Made by a program: the position numbers and the translations under genes
Part shown: one piece after another, positions 62,289-64,000 of the stretch
Numbering within the stretch: position 1 is the first letter of the stretch
Layout of the letters: the number at the start of each line of letters is the position of its first letter
The notes under the pieces: generated by a model
What the model was told of the DNA's origin: nothing
The model's database searches: none
Seen by the model: the letters and a program-made list of their open reading frames with translations, nothing else
NCBI GenBank assembly: GCA_001179505.1
Contig: CDMY01000287.1
Location: forward strand, 69,598-133,597
Reading direction: 5' to 3'
DNA length: 64,000 nt
DNA from: Vitrella brassicaformis CCMP3155
Lineage: Eukaryota > Protista > Chromerida

Positions 62289-63800
62289 TCAGCGGCAGCA
62301 CGTCTTCGCCAGCGACGGGCCTGTTCACACAGAGAGAGATGAACAGAAGGGACCGATACAAATCTACCCCACACAATGTGTGTGTGTGTGTGTGTGTGTG
62401 GACATCTTACGGCGATGTGTGGCGGTTTGGATGTGTGAGTGCCCAAAGGTCTGACAGACAAGACACCAGGCACAGAGAAACAAACATGGATGGGGTGCGG
62501 ACACCATTGCTGAGCACTTCTTCTGATCTCCACCCACCGGCAGGCGGTAGCCGACTGTGCGTCTGGTGGTTCTCTGACAACACACAGCAGGGAGCAGATG
62601 CGTTGATGCGCCGCGCCCATCAGCCATTAATGCATTCACAGTGTGCTCACCACAACAACGGGCGGGCGCAATTGGGTCCAGGCCTGGCTCCACTGGTAGA
62701 CGTACTTGTGCTGCACAGATCGACAGACGACAGACAGATGGATAAACATGGAGGGAGGGAGGGGCGTGTGTGCAGTCGAGTGGATGATACATACCTGGAT
62801 GGCCGCCGGCTGCTGCTCGTCCTGCTGCTCGTCGTCCTGCTCGACGGGCCCCTCCCTCTCGGCCGCCTCCTCTGCAGACAGACAGACACACAGACAGACA
62901 GACGCAGACCATATGAGCAAACATATACGACCGTCGACAGGGTGTTTGTGCACACACATTCGGGCCCTGTCTGGTCACTCAGCCACACGTACCTTGCTGC
63001 CTCTCCTCCTGCTGCTTCCGCTGGTCTTCCATCTGGCCGCCGTCTGCCGCCTCCCGCTCCTCGTCTGCAGACAGGTCAGACACCCGATGTCATATGTGTA
63101 ACAGCCGTCCGTATCCGTCAGTGGGCCCACTCACCGCCGACGAAGTGGCTGTCGTCGCCTTGGTAGCCCAGGAACCAGCTGGGGTGGCTGCGCACTGGGT
63201 GGGCATATTGGCCGTTGAAGCCCACCACCCACCAGAAGTCTGCATCAATCGGTACACACAGCCCAACACACAAGGGTGTCTGTGTCTTCGTTTGTTGATA
63301 GCGTATTCCCCCACCCACCGTCCTCGTCCTGGTCGCCCTCGCCCTGCTCGCGGTCTCCCCGCTGCTCGAAGTGCTGGGCGAACTCCTCGTCGTCGTGCCG
63401 CTCGTCATCTGAACAAACATCAGACCAGCAGGGCATGACCATGAGGCAGGCGCGCTGAGACCAGGCACACTCAAATGGTACCCGCGGCCTCTTCGTTGTC
63501 TTCCTCGTCCTGCTGGCGCTGCTGGTGGGCTGGCTGGGCTTGCTGCTGCACCCACCCAACCAACCGCACACAGGCGACAAAAGGGCAATGTGTGTGTGTG
63601 TGTGTTTGGGTGCGTCACGACACTGCTGATTCTCTCGTGTGTGCATACCTTGGCCTTGGCCATGGCTGTCGGTGAGGCCGGGAGGGACTCCTGCACACAT
63701 GGGAGACAACGGCACGATCGTCAGAGTGTTTGGCTGCCCTTCGTGCCATTCTGGCTCACGTACCCTCGTGCTCATCGTGTTCATGGCCCCCTGCACACAC
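62289..63800 (-). CDS. Micro-exon family unit with an intact in-frame splice path (5' end uncertain)
   Basis: Manual splice: GAMNTMSTR|ESLPASPTAMAKAK|QQAQPAHQQRQQDEEDNEEAA|DDERHDDEEFAQHFEQRGDREQGEGDQDED|DFWWVVGFNGQYAHPVRSHPSWFLGYQGDDSHFVG|DEEREAADGGQMEDQRKQQEERQQ|EEAAEREGPVEQDDEQQDEQQPAAIQ|HKYVYQWSQAWTQLRPPVVV|RTTRRTVGYRLP|TFGHSHIQTATHR|RPSLAKTCCR*. All junctions are GT-AG with compatible phases. Confidence 0.65.
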
Positions 63801-64000
63801 AGACGACAACACAGGCAGACAGCAGCAATGGACCTGGCTTGTGTCAGACTTCTCTTCTCCCCGAACCATTGCCGGCTTGTCGGCGGCGTTGGCGTCGTTG
63901 GTGGTGGTGCCGGGTCGATTAAAATGGTAAAGAGACGGCTCTATGTCTGCTGTCGACCCTCTGTGTGTGGGGGGGGGAGGGGGTGGGGGTAGGGTATGGG

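Noticed and set aside
19600-63300. Regularly recurring conserved blocks as a possible CRISPR-like or cassette-recombinase array
   Set aside because: The blocks are GT-AG exons with their introns and long irregular spacing. No repeat-spacer periodicity, cas gene or recombinase gene is present.
1-64000. Most ORFs in the supplied track (HTHTH, CVCVC, TDRQ, WMDG-rich, or X-containing)
   Set aside because: They are translations of intronic microsatellites, antisense frames or N gaps, not genes.
1-64000. tRNA, rRNA or snRNA genes
   Set aside because: None recognised by eye. tRNAscan-SE and Infernal/Rfam would be needed to exclude them.

Overview
Intron-rich, GC-rich eukaryotic genomic DNA. It has short GT-AG introns packed with (CA)n, (GGAT)n and (CAGA)n microsatellites, and five 300-N scaffold gaps. 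The style and the TLDc expansion suggest a chromerid alveolate such as Vitrella, which is an inference. All gene models were spliced by hand, so boundaries are approximate. The first 16 kb is ordinary gene-dense DNA. It holds an RlmL-like THUMP rRNA methyltransferase, then a head-to-head pair (about 120 bp between ATGs) of a secreted Cys-repeat GH10 xylanase and a membrane-anchored S1 sulfatase with two LamG-like domains, then a probable plastid-targeted membrane protein. From 16 to 64 kb the window is mostly a mosaic array of one uncharacterised micro-exon gene family. Its units have phase-0 head exons, interchangeable phase 1-1 middle cassettes (Glu/Gln/Arg-rich, plus a Trp/His-rich cassette) and a conserved Val/Pro-rich tail ending K-(x)-C-C-(R/G)-stop. 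The array contains in-frame fusions to housekeeping genes (a frameshifted Sec13 and CSN3-like fragments), a diverged inverted duplication of about 3.7 kb, a four-copy TLDc cluster, and an AT-rich 14-mer repeated 10 times in one orientation.
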